A stretch of 63,473 bases of DNA, the filler included, from Squatina squatina (taxonomy: Eukaryota): NCBI GenBank assembly GCA_031763465.1. It is 3 parts of 3 records of this genome, joined end to end, with 100 filler letters (N's around TTAATTAATTAA, not from the genome) between each part and the next. Parts side by side here need not be neighbours in the genome. Positions count along the whole stretch, not along the records: positions 19,193 to 48,746 come from JARFOE010000057.1; positions 48,847 to 63,473 come from JARFOE010000149.1; 1 more part is not named here. The stretch is one strand, 5' to 3'. Within the stretch, counting starts at the first letter, position 1, and every line of letters begins with the position of its first letter. Under the pieces are notes generated by a model. That model made no database searches, had not been told where the DNA came from, and saw nothing but the letters and a program-made list of their open reading frames with translations. The position numbers and the translations under genes were made by a program. Shown in pieces: positions 39,350 to 50,619 of the stretch.

Positions 39350-39432
39350 TTAATGCATTGGCTGTAAAGTGCTTTGGGACATCCTGAGATGATGAAAAGC
39401 AATATATAAATGCAAGTTCCTTCATTCTTTTT
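39350..39432 (+). mobile_element. Deu-SINE/L2 3' tail
   Basis: attggctgtaaagtgctttgggacatcctgag...tatataaatgcaagttccttc. Confidence 0.8.
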
Positions 39433-40581
39433 CTTGCATTGAAACCAACAGCAATGAAAATCAGGCCATTCCTATAATGGTCAGTTGATCTGTGATGCCA
39501 GTTTTATGCCTAGGTGGCAAGTTGAAAATATCTTTCCTTTTATTTAACCATAGATTCAGCAAGTGAGCTCTAAGGAAAGTTTAACACAAACTATTCAGTA
39601 CTCATTTCTAACTTTATGGCACATTTATTGTGAACTCAAANNNNNNNNNNTCAAAACGAAGCCGTTTGATTTAAAATTGGATCAATAATCAGCACATAAC
39701 TCCTGAATCACAGAACATTTAATGGTTGTAAAGATTCTTATTAGTTCAATGTTAATTCATTTAGAACAGGGTGATTTGAAAACCTTTTGCATGTTAGACA
39801 TCTAAAATCAACACTTTGAAATGCTAATAAACTACCATTCAATAGATATTGCTCAAATTCTCTTTTGTAACAAATATTCAATGTGGATTGAATAGATGTA
39901 AGATCCTCCCTTTGGAAGTGTAGCAGACATTATTCAGAAAAAGACATTGTTATGTTTCAGAATATACCATGGGATTTTCATTGTGTGTCCAATAACGTGC
40001 TATTTGGTCCAAGCTGTTTGCACAACTACGGTTAATTTTAACCAGGGAATTGGTGCAAAACTGGCATGAAACCAAGACAAAATGTTTGCACATGCTGTGG
40101 TTAATTACAGCATTGCAAAAGTTTAATCCTTATAAGGAGCTATTTTTAACAAATCGAAAGCTTCAATTTAAGTTTTCCGTCTGCTTTAGGGGCAATAGCA
40201 GCTGTTTCCCAAATTGCTCTGAGTGAGATAATAAAAATGAATAGAGTTCATTTGAGAAAACATAAATTTAACAATCATCGCCATCCTTCAGGTTTTAACA
40301 TATGTTCATTCCATCTGTCAGAAGTCTACTTTGATGTAGGTTTTTAATTATTTAAATATTTCACTGCCTTCTGCCAGGACCTATCACTCTGAAGCCTATC
40401 ATGATAAGGCCATTTTGAGCATGAAGGGGATAACTGAGCAATTTCATATGACTTTCACTCTCATATCTGGCCATACTTAACTCATAAAACACAATCTGTA
40501 AAGCTTACAGACCACAGATACACTACAACCTAGGAATTACACTATATGACATTACCATATGTACATGCAATGCATGCATAT

Positions 40582-40660
40582 TAAAGCAGTGACTAGTGGG
40601 GTACCGCAAGGCTCAGTGCTGGGACCCCAGTTATTTACAATATATATTAATGATTTGGAC
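40582..40660 (+). mobile_element. CR1 RT fragment running into a gap
   Basis: [25 protein letters not shown]. Confidence 0.9.
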
Positions 40661-41699
40661 NNNNNNNNNNNNNNNNNNNNNNNNNNNNNNNNNNNNNNNN
40701 NNNNNNNNNNNNNNNNNNNNNNNNNNNNNNNNNNNNNNNNNNNNNNNNNNNNNNNNNNNNCCTTGTATTTTAAATTAAGCTGGATAGATATAAGCACTTT
40801 CTTTGAAAATCAGCTGCAGGAAGTTTGGAGAAGCTAATGAGTACAAGTTCAAAGGATGCAGTATATTTTAGAAGTTAATTTTGGTTAAGAGTTTTGGCAT
40901 TCTGCTTTGCTTATGCAAATACTGACTATGAGAACGATGTGACCATTCTTAGTTACCACAACAGTGGTTCATTGAATGTAACATGATGCCAGATACATGG
41001 TGTGGTGGGGGGCGGGGGGCACTTTTTTAGGGTTAGTTGAGGTGAGTATAGAGAGGCTGTTGCACATGCAGTTTTTTTTTAAATAAATGTTTTACAGCTT
41101 GGCACATAGTTTCTTTTAGAAGGATAGAGTTCAGTACTAACATTGCTTCCAGAACCAGCTGTTTAAATCAAATGGTGAGAATGATATTATTCTCTCTTGT
41201 GACTAACTGAATGATTCTGTATTATAATGCTCCGAGAATAAATACATTTTAAAACACACTGTGCAACTCCTGTAAATTTAAGTGCATTGCTGGGCCAGAT
41301 TATATGCCATATACTGTAGTAACCTGCACAAAAGAGAATATCCAGAACTTAAATACAAGTTTAAGATTATTTTCTATCATTTTTCATCTTTGTAAAATTA
41401 AGGATGTTATAATATTGTGTTATGGCAATAAATTCCAATATACTAAATGCATAATGACAATGCAACATGCTTTCACTGCCATTATACAGATAATTTCAAG
41501 ATTTTATATGATTTGGTGCATATGTTTTTATTTATTTAACTACAATTTAGACAGTGATGCAGTTAAATGCATTGTACTGTATGGTCATTTTATTAATACA
41601 GTTGGCACAGCCTTATTTAATATTGACTGTTTAAATAAAAATTATAACTTGTTATTACACAGAAATGGTTTTGAAGTTTTAACTTATGCTTTTTATTAT

Positions 41700-41840
41700 T
41701 TAAAATGGCAGCTTGTGAGACTTTGCTGGTGCAGAATGGCTGCTGTGTTTGCCTATGTAACTAAAATCATTGCACTCTAAAACTGTAGTATACAGCTCTG
41801 TGAAATGTCTCAACATGAGGGCATTATATAAATGGTATCC
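41700..41840 (+). mobile_element. Old Deu-domain (AmnSINE1/SacSINE1-like) SINE 3' remnant
   Basis: gagactttgctggtgcagaatggctgctgtgtttgcctatgtaac...gggcattatataaatg parallels the younger copy at about 62200-62335. Confidence 0.5.
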
Positions 41841-41869
41841 TTTTTAAATGAATTTATTTTAATTTCTAG

Positions 41870-42676
41870 GTTTCTTCTCTTGGGGTCACCACCTTTAGTC
41901 TGTGTGCATTAAGCATCGACAGGTTCCGTTCTGCAACAAGTGCACAGTCACAAATTAGACTGATAGAAAGTTGTCCATCTATTGTGGCCAAGATGGCCGT
42001 CATCTGGATAGGATCTATGTTGCTGGCACTCCCTGAAGTCCTTCTATGGCAACTGAACCAAAAGACCTCGGTTGTCTCTGGAGTCATCACTGACTATTGC
42101 ATTGTTAAAACGTCCTTGAACCTCCCTGAGCATATCTATGGACTTGCGCTGACCTATGAGAATTCCAGGATGTGGTGGTCCTTTGGCTGCTACTTTTGCT
42201 TGCCCCTTATCTTCACAGTGACTTGCCAGTTGGTGACGAGAAGGGTTAGAAACACTGAGAAGAAATCTGACCTCAAAATTACTTCTCAACATGCCCAGCA
42301 TGAAAGTCAAAGGAACTACACCTTGATTGGCCTAACCATCCTCTATGGCTTCTGCATCATCCCTGAAAACGTTTCCAACTTTGTGGTGGCCTACACGTCT
42401 CCTGAAATCTCTAAGGAGACCATTGACTTACTCAGCATCATTAACCAGTTCTTTCTGTTCTTTAAGTCCTCTGTAACCCCAGTGTTGCTTCTCTGTCTCT
42501 GTAAGCCTTTGGGCCGAGCCTTCATGGATTGCTGTTGCTGCTGCTGTGATGAATGTGCTCCAGAGGCCTCAGGAAGTGATGTTCACGATAGTAAGCTGAA
42601 GACAGAAATGGCATCCATTTTCTGTGATAGTCCCAAGGAAACACCAGCAATGATGACTCTAGGTACCCAATGTTAA
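41870..42676 (+). CDS. GPR37L1: G protein-coupled receptor 37-like 1, last coding exon (TM3 to C-terminus)
   Basis: Acceptor tttctag|GTT; VSSLGVTTFSLCALSIDRF...RMWWSFGCYFCLPLIFTVTCQLVT...INQFFLFFKSSVTPVLLLCLCKPLGRAFMDCCCCCC...GTQC*. This matches GPR37L1 better than GPR37. Confidence 0.93.
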   Translation, partial: VSSLGVTTFSLCALSIDRFRSATSAQSQIRLIESCPSIVAKMAVIWIGSMLLALPEVLLWQLNQKTSVVSGVITDYCIVKTSLNLPEHIYGLALTYENSRMWWSFGCYFCLPLIFTVTCQLVTRRVRNTEKKSDLKITSQHAQHESQRNYTLIGLTILYGFCIIPENVSNFVVAYTSPEISKETIDLLSIINQFFLFFKSSVTPVLLLCLCKPLGRAFMDCCCCCCDECAPEASGSDVHDSKLKTEMASIFCDSPKETPAMMTLGTQC

Positions 42677-42955
42677 TAACAATCCTTCACGTTCAGCATG
42701 AATCTTTAAGCCTCAGCAGTGAAGCAGGCCCATCATCAGATTTTAACAGTCAGTTAATTCTTTTACTTATCTGTATACACCAGTAGGCTCTTTTTACTGC
42801 CTATATTGAACTAGTAAATTAGTAGAAGTTTAGTTAGCTCCAGTAAGGTCTTGCTGTGCCAACTATCCAGAGCTGGATGTGAATAACAATTTTATCCTTG
42901 CCGAGGTTAGGCTATATTTTAGGCTGTTAAATCGTGAAAAACAATTTTTAAATGA

Positions 42956-42961
42956 AATAAA
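42956..42961 (+). terminator. Candidate polyadenylation signal for GPR37L1
   Basis: First AATAAA, about 280 nt after the stop codon. Confidence 0.35.
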
Positions 42962-43014
42962 ATGAAAAACTAGTTACGAGCAGACCAACTTATAACAAAT
43001 ACATTTTATGATTT

Positions 43015-43053
43015 TGACCTCGTCAGGTCAAAGGTCATATTGAGGTCACGTGA
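43015..43053 (+). promoter_or_regulatory. Composite nuclear-receptor element (ER4 + DR1 + DR5) plus E-box
   Basis: TGACCT cgtc AGGTCA a AGGTCA tattg AGGTCA cgtga. Confidence 0.55.
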
Positions 43054-43975
43054 ATTTTTTCCCCTTATTATGAATGGTCCAGCCCTGTGTAGTATTCAAC
43101 ATTAGTTNNNNNNNNNNNNNNNNNNNNNNNNNNNNNNNNNNNNNNNNNNNNNNNNNNNNNNNNNNNNNNNNNNNNNNNNNNNNNNNNNNNNNNNNNNNNN
43201 NNNNNNNAATGTTTGTCTTGTTCAAAGTTCAGTTGAGTGGGGCTAAGAAAGTCAAGCTATCAATTCTGAGCACTACGAATTGTTCAGCAGCCAAGAATAT
43301 AGCCAAGGAGTCCAGTTTAATTTGCTGAAGTATGCAAACATCTCTGAAAAGGAATTGTACAGTTTGCAGTAAACAGAATAAACACAGGAAACTATGTTTT
43401 TTCATCACATTCTGCTCGACTTAGATCTCAAGGAAGTTGAAATATGAAAGACAGATTCACCAAAAACAAATCTTTAACTCCTGGGAAGAGAGAAGCTTCA
43501 CATGATGGAACAATAAATACTTATAATTTAAAAATGTTATTTAAGCTGCAGTAAGAGGATTCGTCATGTTGCTGGCTGTTACCAGGAGCAACAAAACCAG
43601 TGACCTTTCTGCAGAAGGCTCATGCAGTTCAGGCCTTAATGCATTCCTTCATGTCTCCAAGTGAGATGCGATCCGTGAAAATCTCATTTACCTTACTGCC
43701 ACCATACTAAAGGAATTGTCGATCTCTTCGTGCATTTTGGTCAAATAGCAATAATTTCTTAATCCAGAATAAAACTGTGGTAAAATCATTCATTCAAAAA
43801 TGTTTTTTTCAAACTTCACTTTGTTGCATCCAGTTTCCTCAAGGGACTACTCACTGGATTACAGCTCCAAAGACGNNNNNNNNNNNNNNNNNNNNNNNNN
43901 NNNNNNNNNNNNNNNNNNNNNNNNNNNNNNNNNNNNNNNNNNNNNNNNNNNNNNNNNNNNNNNNNNNNNNNNNNN

Positions 43976-44045
43976 CAACCATGATCTAATTGAATGGCAG
44001 AACAGGCTCAAAGGGCTGAATGGTCTCACTCCTGACCCTATGTCC
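43976..44045 (+). mobile_element. CR1 LINE 3' end
   Basis: ccatgatctaattgaatggcagaacaggctcaaagggctgaatggtctcactcctg. Confidence 0.8.
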
Positions 44046-45519
44046 CTTTCAACAGCAGTGTTTAAAAGGAAGATCATTCTCCAAAACACAGTCAATATCT
44101 GGTTTCCAATTTATGCATTTTTCTGCTATTCCTGAACTTGTACTATATAAAATATGATTTAAGGGTCTTTGCTAAGCTGAATATATTGCTCTACGTATAG
44201 AGACAACTTAGTGCACAAAGCAAATGAGACCAACTCAATGTTTAAACAATTATAAGTAGGTGTAAGAATCTGCACCTTTTCAAAATTACATGGGAAGCTG
44301 ATGGTTAACAGACAGACAGAATGAATACAGCATTTCACTTTATGTTCTGACAGATTGCAAAATAAATACACTCAGCCTTGAAGATGGCTAGTAATTGATG
44401 CAGTGCTAACTTAATTATAAAAAAATACAAAGAACATCAAAAAGCACTTGGTGGCCTTTTTAATATTCACTCCCAGAATTAATTTATTTCATCCCCTTAG
44501 CAACTGCTTGCACAGCGGGTTGTAGAGAGCTGAACAGTTTTAAATGTAATTGCAAAAATATTTAATGCTTTCGTTAGCTCAACTGCAGAATGTGAAACAA
44601 ACGAGAAATAGATTTCTCAACATGGATGCTGCTCTGATCAGTTTCGGTAAAACTTTCAGGATTTGCTTATGTTTTGTCAATTTTTACCTTTGCCCTCCCC
44701 TCTCCTCTCCTCTTTGGAAAGCATTGATTTCTTGCATGGTTCTAATGGTGCAAATTACCCTCTGGCATCATCACTTAANNNNNNNNNNNNNNNNNNNNNN
44801 NNNNNNNNNNNNNNNNNNNNNNNNNNNNNNNNNNNNNNNNNNNNNNNNNNNNNNNNNNNNNNNNNNNNNNNNNNNNNNCACAAAAGATAAAGTAACATTG
44901 ACCTAAAAATGTTGTATATACTGCAAGGGAAACAAAAACACTCAGTGTGTGTGAAATGACAAGAAAAGACACAGAATTTTGGTGTGGATGTATTTATTAC
45001 AGCACTAGCTTCATCAAATGACAAGAGCAACAGTACATGAATCACCCGCAGGACAAATATTTGACAAGTTGACTATATAAGTCAACAAGCTATTATATAT
45101 GACACAGTATGCATTAACTTCAATTATTTATTGGTTTCTTTAAACTGCAGGATAAAGGATTCACTTAAAACCAGCTACAGTTCAAGAAAAACACACTACA
45201 AGCTATTAGTCCATCATTCTCCTTATACGATAGCAAACACTGCTAACCATTAGCTTTTACAGCCAAGTACCTGTATTTAAGCAAATTACTATCTAGTACA
45301 ATATTTATCACAAATTTATTTGTATGTTTTAAAAATTTCAACGATTTGGTTTAAATCTGTCTGTACAAAACTGCAATTGAAGATACAGTAAACATATTAC
45401 ATGGACTTAAATGGAACTGATTACTGGGTGGGGCGCGTAACTGACAGCAGATGCAGTACCGCCTGCTTTGTGTCCCCGCCCAAGATGAGCCTCACCCCTA
45501 ACATGTTTCCATTCCAGCA

Positions 45520-45672
45520 TGGAACAAACCAGAAAATGTCCTGGTTAGATCACTGGTCGATACGAGCTAGGTTTAAGAGAGAATCTGAATTCAAATTCTC
45601 AAACAGCCACAGTGGGATTCGAACTCTCGATCACTGGAATACTCGTCCAATGACATAACCACTGCGCGATCC
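45520..45672 (-). mobile_element. tRNA-derived SINE head with Pol III A and B boxes
   Basis: Minus strand: tcgcgcagtggttatgtcattggacgagtattccag...GTTCGAATCCCac followed by gaatttgaattc. Confidence 0.65.
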
Positions 45673-46940
45673 TAGCTCATTTGACCCTTCTTCTTTTGCC
45701 CCTGATACATCCCCCCGTATCTCCGCCATGGACATTTTTTTTGCCTCCCTATAATCTTGACTCTTTTTCTCTGTGGCCCAGATCTCTGTAATTATGTCTT
45801 CTCCTCTCCCCCTAAAGCACACTTCTGTTTGTCTTTGTTTCTCAGCTCTAGCCATCTGTCTCTTGGATTTAACTGCAGCATCTCCACTCCTCCAATGAAT
45901 CTAGTCCCCCCACCCCGCCATCTCCACCTCCCAAAGCTGTATTGACGCAGATACTCCACTCTNNNNNNNNNNNNNNNNNNNNNNNNNNNNNNNNNNNNNN
46001 NNNNNNNNNNNNNNNNNNNNNNNNNNNNNNNNNNNNNNNNNNNNNNNNNNNNNNNNNNNNNNNNNNNNNNNNNNNNNNNNNNNNNNNNNNNNNNNNNNNN
46101 NNNNNNNNNNNNNNNNNNNNNNNNNNNNNNNNNNNNNNNNNNNNNNNNNNNNNNNNNNNNNNNNNNNNNNNNNNNNNNNNNNNNNNNNNNNNNNNNNNNN
46201 NNNNNNNNNNNNNNNNNNNNNNNNNNNNNNNNNNNNNNNNNNNNNNNNNNNNNNNNNNNNNNNNNNNNNNNNNNNNNNNNNNNNNNNNNNNNNNNNNNNN
46301 NNNNNTGCACTGACTTTTTTTTTAAATAAATATGTTAGCCACTGTACCAAGCAGCTCCAGACTACCCACAATTATTTTTGAGGTGCAAGTAACAAAGCTA
46401 GGCTCATTAGGTGGAGTAATGAAACAAATGTGCATTTACTCTGTTATAATTGGGCCACTGCATGAATCCGCTGAGCACACTCAGTTGATGCAATGGAATG
46501 TAAATGTGCTTCCTCAACAGCAACAACTGTGGCATTCTGGGAGAAGGAGTTCCATCCTACAATGGGGCTTTATAAGCATGCATATTAAAAATAAAAACGT
46601 CCCATTTATATAACAAAACCATTTTCAAACTGACAGTGGGTAAAGGATTAAGTTCCACAAGGTCAAATTTAGTAACTCAGCTTAATTATATAAAAACATT
46701 AATAAAACAAAAAAGTGCAAAATAATATTGTACACACTCTCATGATAAAAACATTAATTTGACCTCAATGTTGTTGGACAGCTTTCTAAACTTTCTTTCC
46801 AGGGAAGGAGGTCGGGGATAACTATGGCAGGTCCTGGGTATGAGTAAGAAATCAACATCCTTGCTTTCAGCTGCGTTTGGTCTTTGAATGTTGAATGAGC
46901 CACTGTAGTGTTATATCTGAAATTAATTTGTAAAAAAAAT

Positions 46941-47830
46941 TAGAATCATAGTATCAGAATAGAACAACACAGAAGTTGGCCATTCACTCCATCGAGTCTG
47001 GGCCGGCTCTTTCGAAGATCCAGTTAGTCCCACTCCCCCACTCTTTCCCCGTATCCGAGAAAATTTTTCGCCTGCAAGTATTTATCCAATTCCCTTTTGA
47101 AGGTTACTATTGAATCTGGTTCCACCACCCCATCAGGTAGTGCATTCCAAATCCTAACCACTTTCTGTACTAAAAAGTTTTTCCTCACGTCCCCTTTGGA
47201 GCTGTTACCAATGACCTTAAATCTGAGCCCTCTGGTTATTGACCCTTCAGCCAATGGAAACAGTTTCTCTTTATTTACGCTATCTAAACCCTTCATGATT
47301 TTAAACACCTCTATCAAATCTCCTCTTAAACTTCTCTGCTCGAAGGGGAACAACCCAAGCTTCTCCAGTCTATCCCTGCATCTGTAATCCCTCATCCCCG
47401 GAGTCATTCTAGTAAATCTCTCTGTACCCTAGTCAAAGCCTTCACGTTCTCCCTAAAGTGTGGTGCCCAGAATTGGACACAATACCTCAGCTGGGGCCGA
47501 ACTAGTGTTTTATATAGGTTAAGCACAAATTCCTGGCTTTTGTACTCTATGCCTCTATTTATAAAGCCCAGGATCCCATATGCATTATTAACTGCTTTGT
47601 TAACCTGTCCTGCCACCTTCAAAGATTTGTGCACAAACACCCCAGGTCTCTATTCTTGCACCCCATTAAAATTGTACCATTTAGTGCGTATCGTCTCTCA
47701 TTTTTCCTACCAAAATGTATCACCTTACACTTCTCTGCGTTGAATTTCATCCGCCATGTATCTGCTCATTCCACCAGCCTATTACTGTCCTCTTGCAGTC
47801 TATTACTACCTTCTCACTGTTTACTAACTA
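46941..47830 (-). mobile_element. CR1 LINE 3' portion
   Basis: GILGFINRGIEYKS, LYKTLVRPQLRYCVQFWAP, RLEKLGLF..EQRSLRGDLIEVFKIMKG, then 3' UTR and tail. Confidence 0.95.
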
Positions 47831-48746
47831 GAAGTGCAAATGGCATAAAATTCCACATTGTGTTTTTTTTCCCCCATATAAAATCTCACTGAAAGCCAAG
47901 TGTAATTTTGAAAGCACCAACAGCAATTCTGACTGATTAACATAGTGCATTAGTTAATCCCAACCTCAAACATGAACTGTTTTTATTTAAATGTTACTTG
48001 CAAATTACAACCTTCTTCATTACACACTGCTGTCTTGTTAAAATGATGTAGCCTCTTCCAACAGACATTGCTGCACAACACTGCCAATGTATATAGTCTT
48101 AAACTCTAAAAATACATTAACTGGAATTCAATCCATTGATTAGTGCACACATAGCCAACTGTCTAAAAATGTTTATAAACAATTTAGTCTTTGGGGCTTT
48201 ATCACTACACTTTTTTTTTTAAAAAGGAGACAACAGTTTTCACTCCCAGCAGTTTTTCCATTTTAAAAAAGTGGCTCATAGGGCTCTATGAATCTAATTC
48301 ATCCCTAGTGCATAGTTGAGATGGCAAGTTTTGCAAAGAACCCTCGATTAATGAATACATCATTGCTACTATTGAGCTTTATCACTGGATCAAAATGCAG
48401 TTGATGAATCAGAGTTCAGCATTCAGGTTTATGTTTTCAGCGCCCAATATATTTACTTCCTTACAACACATTCCACCTTGTGGATTCTGACATATTACAG
48501 TGGAATCTGCCTTTATTGGGCACCAAGTCAACTATTAAAAGCAAACTAAGTAACAGCCACTAGTCTACTCAAGTGGAAAAAAAAGATTAATAGTTCAGGG
48601 AAGGAGACTATAGACAAAACAAAAGCACCCCATATCTTCAAATATGCCTGTCTGGACTTCTAAGAAAAATAGGAATTTAATTGGGTCAGTCCTGGATTAG
48701 TGAATTGCCTGCGAAGTACTGCATCCTATACAGTACAGCAAAGAGG

Positions 48747-48846
48747 NNNNNNNNNNNNNNNNNNNNNNNNNNNNNNNNNNNNNNNNNNNNTTAATTAATT
48801 AANNNNNNNNNNNNNNNNNNNNNNNNNNNNNNNNNNNNNNNNNNNN
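48747..48846. other. Artificial scaffold linker (44 N + TTAATTAATTAA + 44 N)
   Basis: Same construction as 19093-19192. Confidence 0.95.
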
Positions 48847-48864
48847 AGTCTCTCGTCGTCTTTG

Positions 48865-48965
48865 GCTGCATTACAACAGTGACTACACTTAAGAAGTACT
48901 TAATTGGCTGTAAAGTGCTTTGGGACATCCTGAGGTTGTGAAAGGCACAAGTTCTTCCTCTCTCT
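48865..48965 (+). mobile_element. Deu-SINE 3' tail
   Basis: cattacaacagtgactacactt...attggctgtaaagtgctttgggacatcctgagg. Confidence 0.8.
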
Positions 48966-49249
48966 TTACAATGAGCCTCAGGAGTCACATACTTTGTGGC
49001 AAGCTGTGGTCCTATTGGTTTGTGGACATCTCCAGTTTCTGCTACAAACAGATCTTAGTGTTCTGATTGTAGGATTTATCCACCAACCGTGCCAAGATTA
49101 GCCCTTTCCAAACCTCGATGGATCGAATGGGATTGACCAATCCAAGCACAAATAGCCTGAGCTTCCAAGAGTTGGATTGCCAATGCTCAAGAGGGCACAG
49201 TAGTTTAGACACCCCTTGCTGTTTTTAAAAAAAAGTCAGATGTACAAAG

Positions 49250-49545
49250 AAAGGCTTGCGCTTATATAGCAACTGCAGGATGCCCCAAAGTGCTTCGCAG
49301 CCAATGAAGGACTTTTGAAGTGTACTCACGGTAATGTAGGGGAATACAGCAGCCAATTATGAAGTAATGACCAGGTAATCAGCTTTTTAATGATGATGGG
49401 TTGAGGGATAAATAATGGCCAGGACACCGGGGAGAACTCCCCTTTGCTCTTCGAAACAGTGTCGCGGGATATTTTTTTTGTCCACATTCGGTTCAAACAG
49501 AAGTCCCAGAGTTGAAAGGACACACACAGATACCCCACACGTCTG
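49250..49545 (-). mobile_element. Deu-domain SINE (SacSINE1-like)
   Basis: Reverse complement of gagttctccccggtgtcctggcc...tatccctcaacc. Confidence 0.8.
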
Positions 49546-49610
49546 AAGCAAAAAAAGTGATGGTAGTTTCGTTGAACGGCTCCGAGCTCCCCACCCCGTC
49601 AAAGACTCAC

Positions 49611-49903
49611 CTCATTCTGTCGGCGAAGACGAATTTGCGAAGCTTGAGGTCTCGGAGCACGATCCCATGGTCGTGACAGTGCGCCACCGCCTGGACCATC
49701 TGCCTGAAGAGCGTGGCAGCCTCCTCCTCACGGAGCCTCTTGCACGTCCGCACGTACGAGTGCATGTCGCCGTGGCCTCGCTGGAAAAGCACGTAGGCCT
49801 TGCGGTCTCCCGCGATCACCTCTGCCATCTGCCCCACGTGCGCGTGAGGCGGGAGGCGGGCGTAGGGCGCAATCACCTCGCTGTAGCGCTTCATCGCAAA
49901 CAC
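49611..49903 (-). CDS. TRIB3: Tribbles pseudokinase internal exon (293 nt), TRIB3-like
   Basis: ttgcag|GTG acceptor and AG|GTGAGT donor. VFAMKRYSEVIAPYARLPPH...HGDMHSYVR...HCHDHGIVLRDLKLRKFVFADR. PYARLPPH, HGDMHS, LFRQM and FVFADR favour TRIB3; paralog call is less certain than family call. Confidence 0.85.
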
Positions 49904-49939
49904 CTGCAACGCGGAAAGGAGCAGAGCCGGTCAAGACAA

Positions 49940-50104
49940 CAGCAGCAACTTGCATTTATATAGCAACTTTAACGTCCCACAGCCCTTCACAGAAGCGTAA
50001 ATCAGAACACTTTAACACTGAGCCACACAGGTTAGGGCAGGTGACCAAAAGCTTGGTCAAAGAGGTAGATTTTAAGGAGGGTCTTAAAGGAGGAGAGAGA
50101 GGTT
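49940..50104 (-). mobile_element. L2 LINE 3' end fragment
   Basis: aacttgcatttatatagc...ggtgaccaaaagcttggtcaaagaggtagattttaaggag, shared with the other L2 copies. Confidence 0.75.
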
Positions 50105-50253
50105 TTACATCAGATACACGGCACAGAAACAGGCCATTCGGCCCAACCAATCCATGCCGGCGTTTATGCTCCACTTGAGCCTCCTCCCATCTTTCCTCAT
50201 CTAAATCTATCAGCATAACCCTCTATTCCCTTCTCCCTCATATGCTTGTCTAG
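50105..50253 (-). mobile_element. CR1 LINE 3' end
   Basis: gcacagaaacaggccattcggcccaacc. Confidence 0.8.
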
Positions 50254-50440
50254 NNNNNNNNNNNNNNNNNNNNNNNNNNNNNNNNNNNNNNNNNNNNNNN
50301 NNNNNNNNNNNNNNNNNNNNNNNNNNNNNNNNNNNNNNNNNNNNNNNNNNNNNTGACCCTCAAGCACCTATCATGGCCATGTGGGAGAGGTGCAGGAGGA
50401 ACTTCCAGCAAGTTATAACACAGTTATCCCTATTGGAAGT

Positions 50441-50472
50441 GTGTATATATATTATATATGTATATATATATA
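50441..50472. repeat. Imperfect (TA)n microsatellite
   Basis: gtgtatatatattatatatgtatatatatata. Confidence 0.8.
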
Positions 50473-50619
50473 AAATGGTGAAGATAGGAAGGGCTTTTGG
50501 TGTGATGCCTCCACAGTCAAATAACCTGCCTACATCCGCTGCTTGGGTTGCACAGGAAGAACGACCACATTGATGAGGCCTCTCAGTATTCATAGGACTG
50601 AACTGCACCTTAAGTGGAA

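Noticed and set aside
41304-41780. 158-aa ORF upstream of the GPR37L1 exon
   Set aside because: AT-rich intronic sequence running into a SINE remnant; no similarity to GPR37L1 exon 1 or any family I recognise.
30029-42676. A CYP26A1-GPR37L1 fusion gene or retinoid gene cluster
   Set aside because: The exons are phase-compatible (0/0) but lie on different contigs separated by several arbitrary gaps; assembly concatenation is the simpler explanation.
45604-45670. Functional tRNA gene
   Set aside because: A and B boxes are present, but the acceptor stem is poor and it runs into a SINE body.
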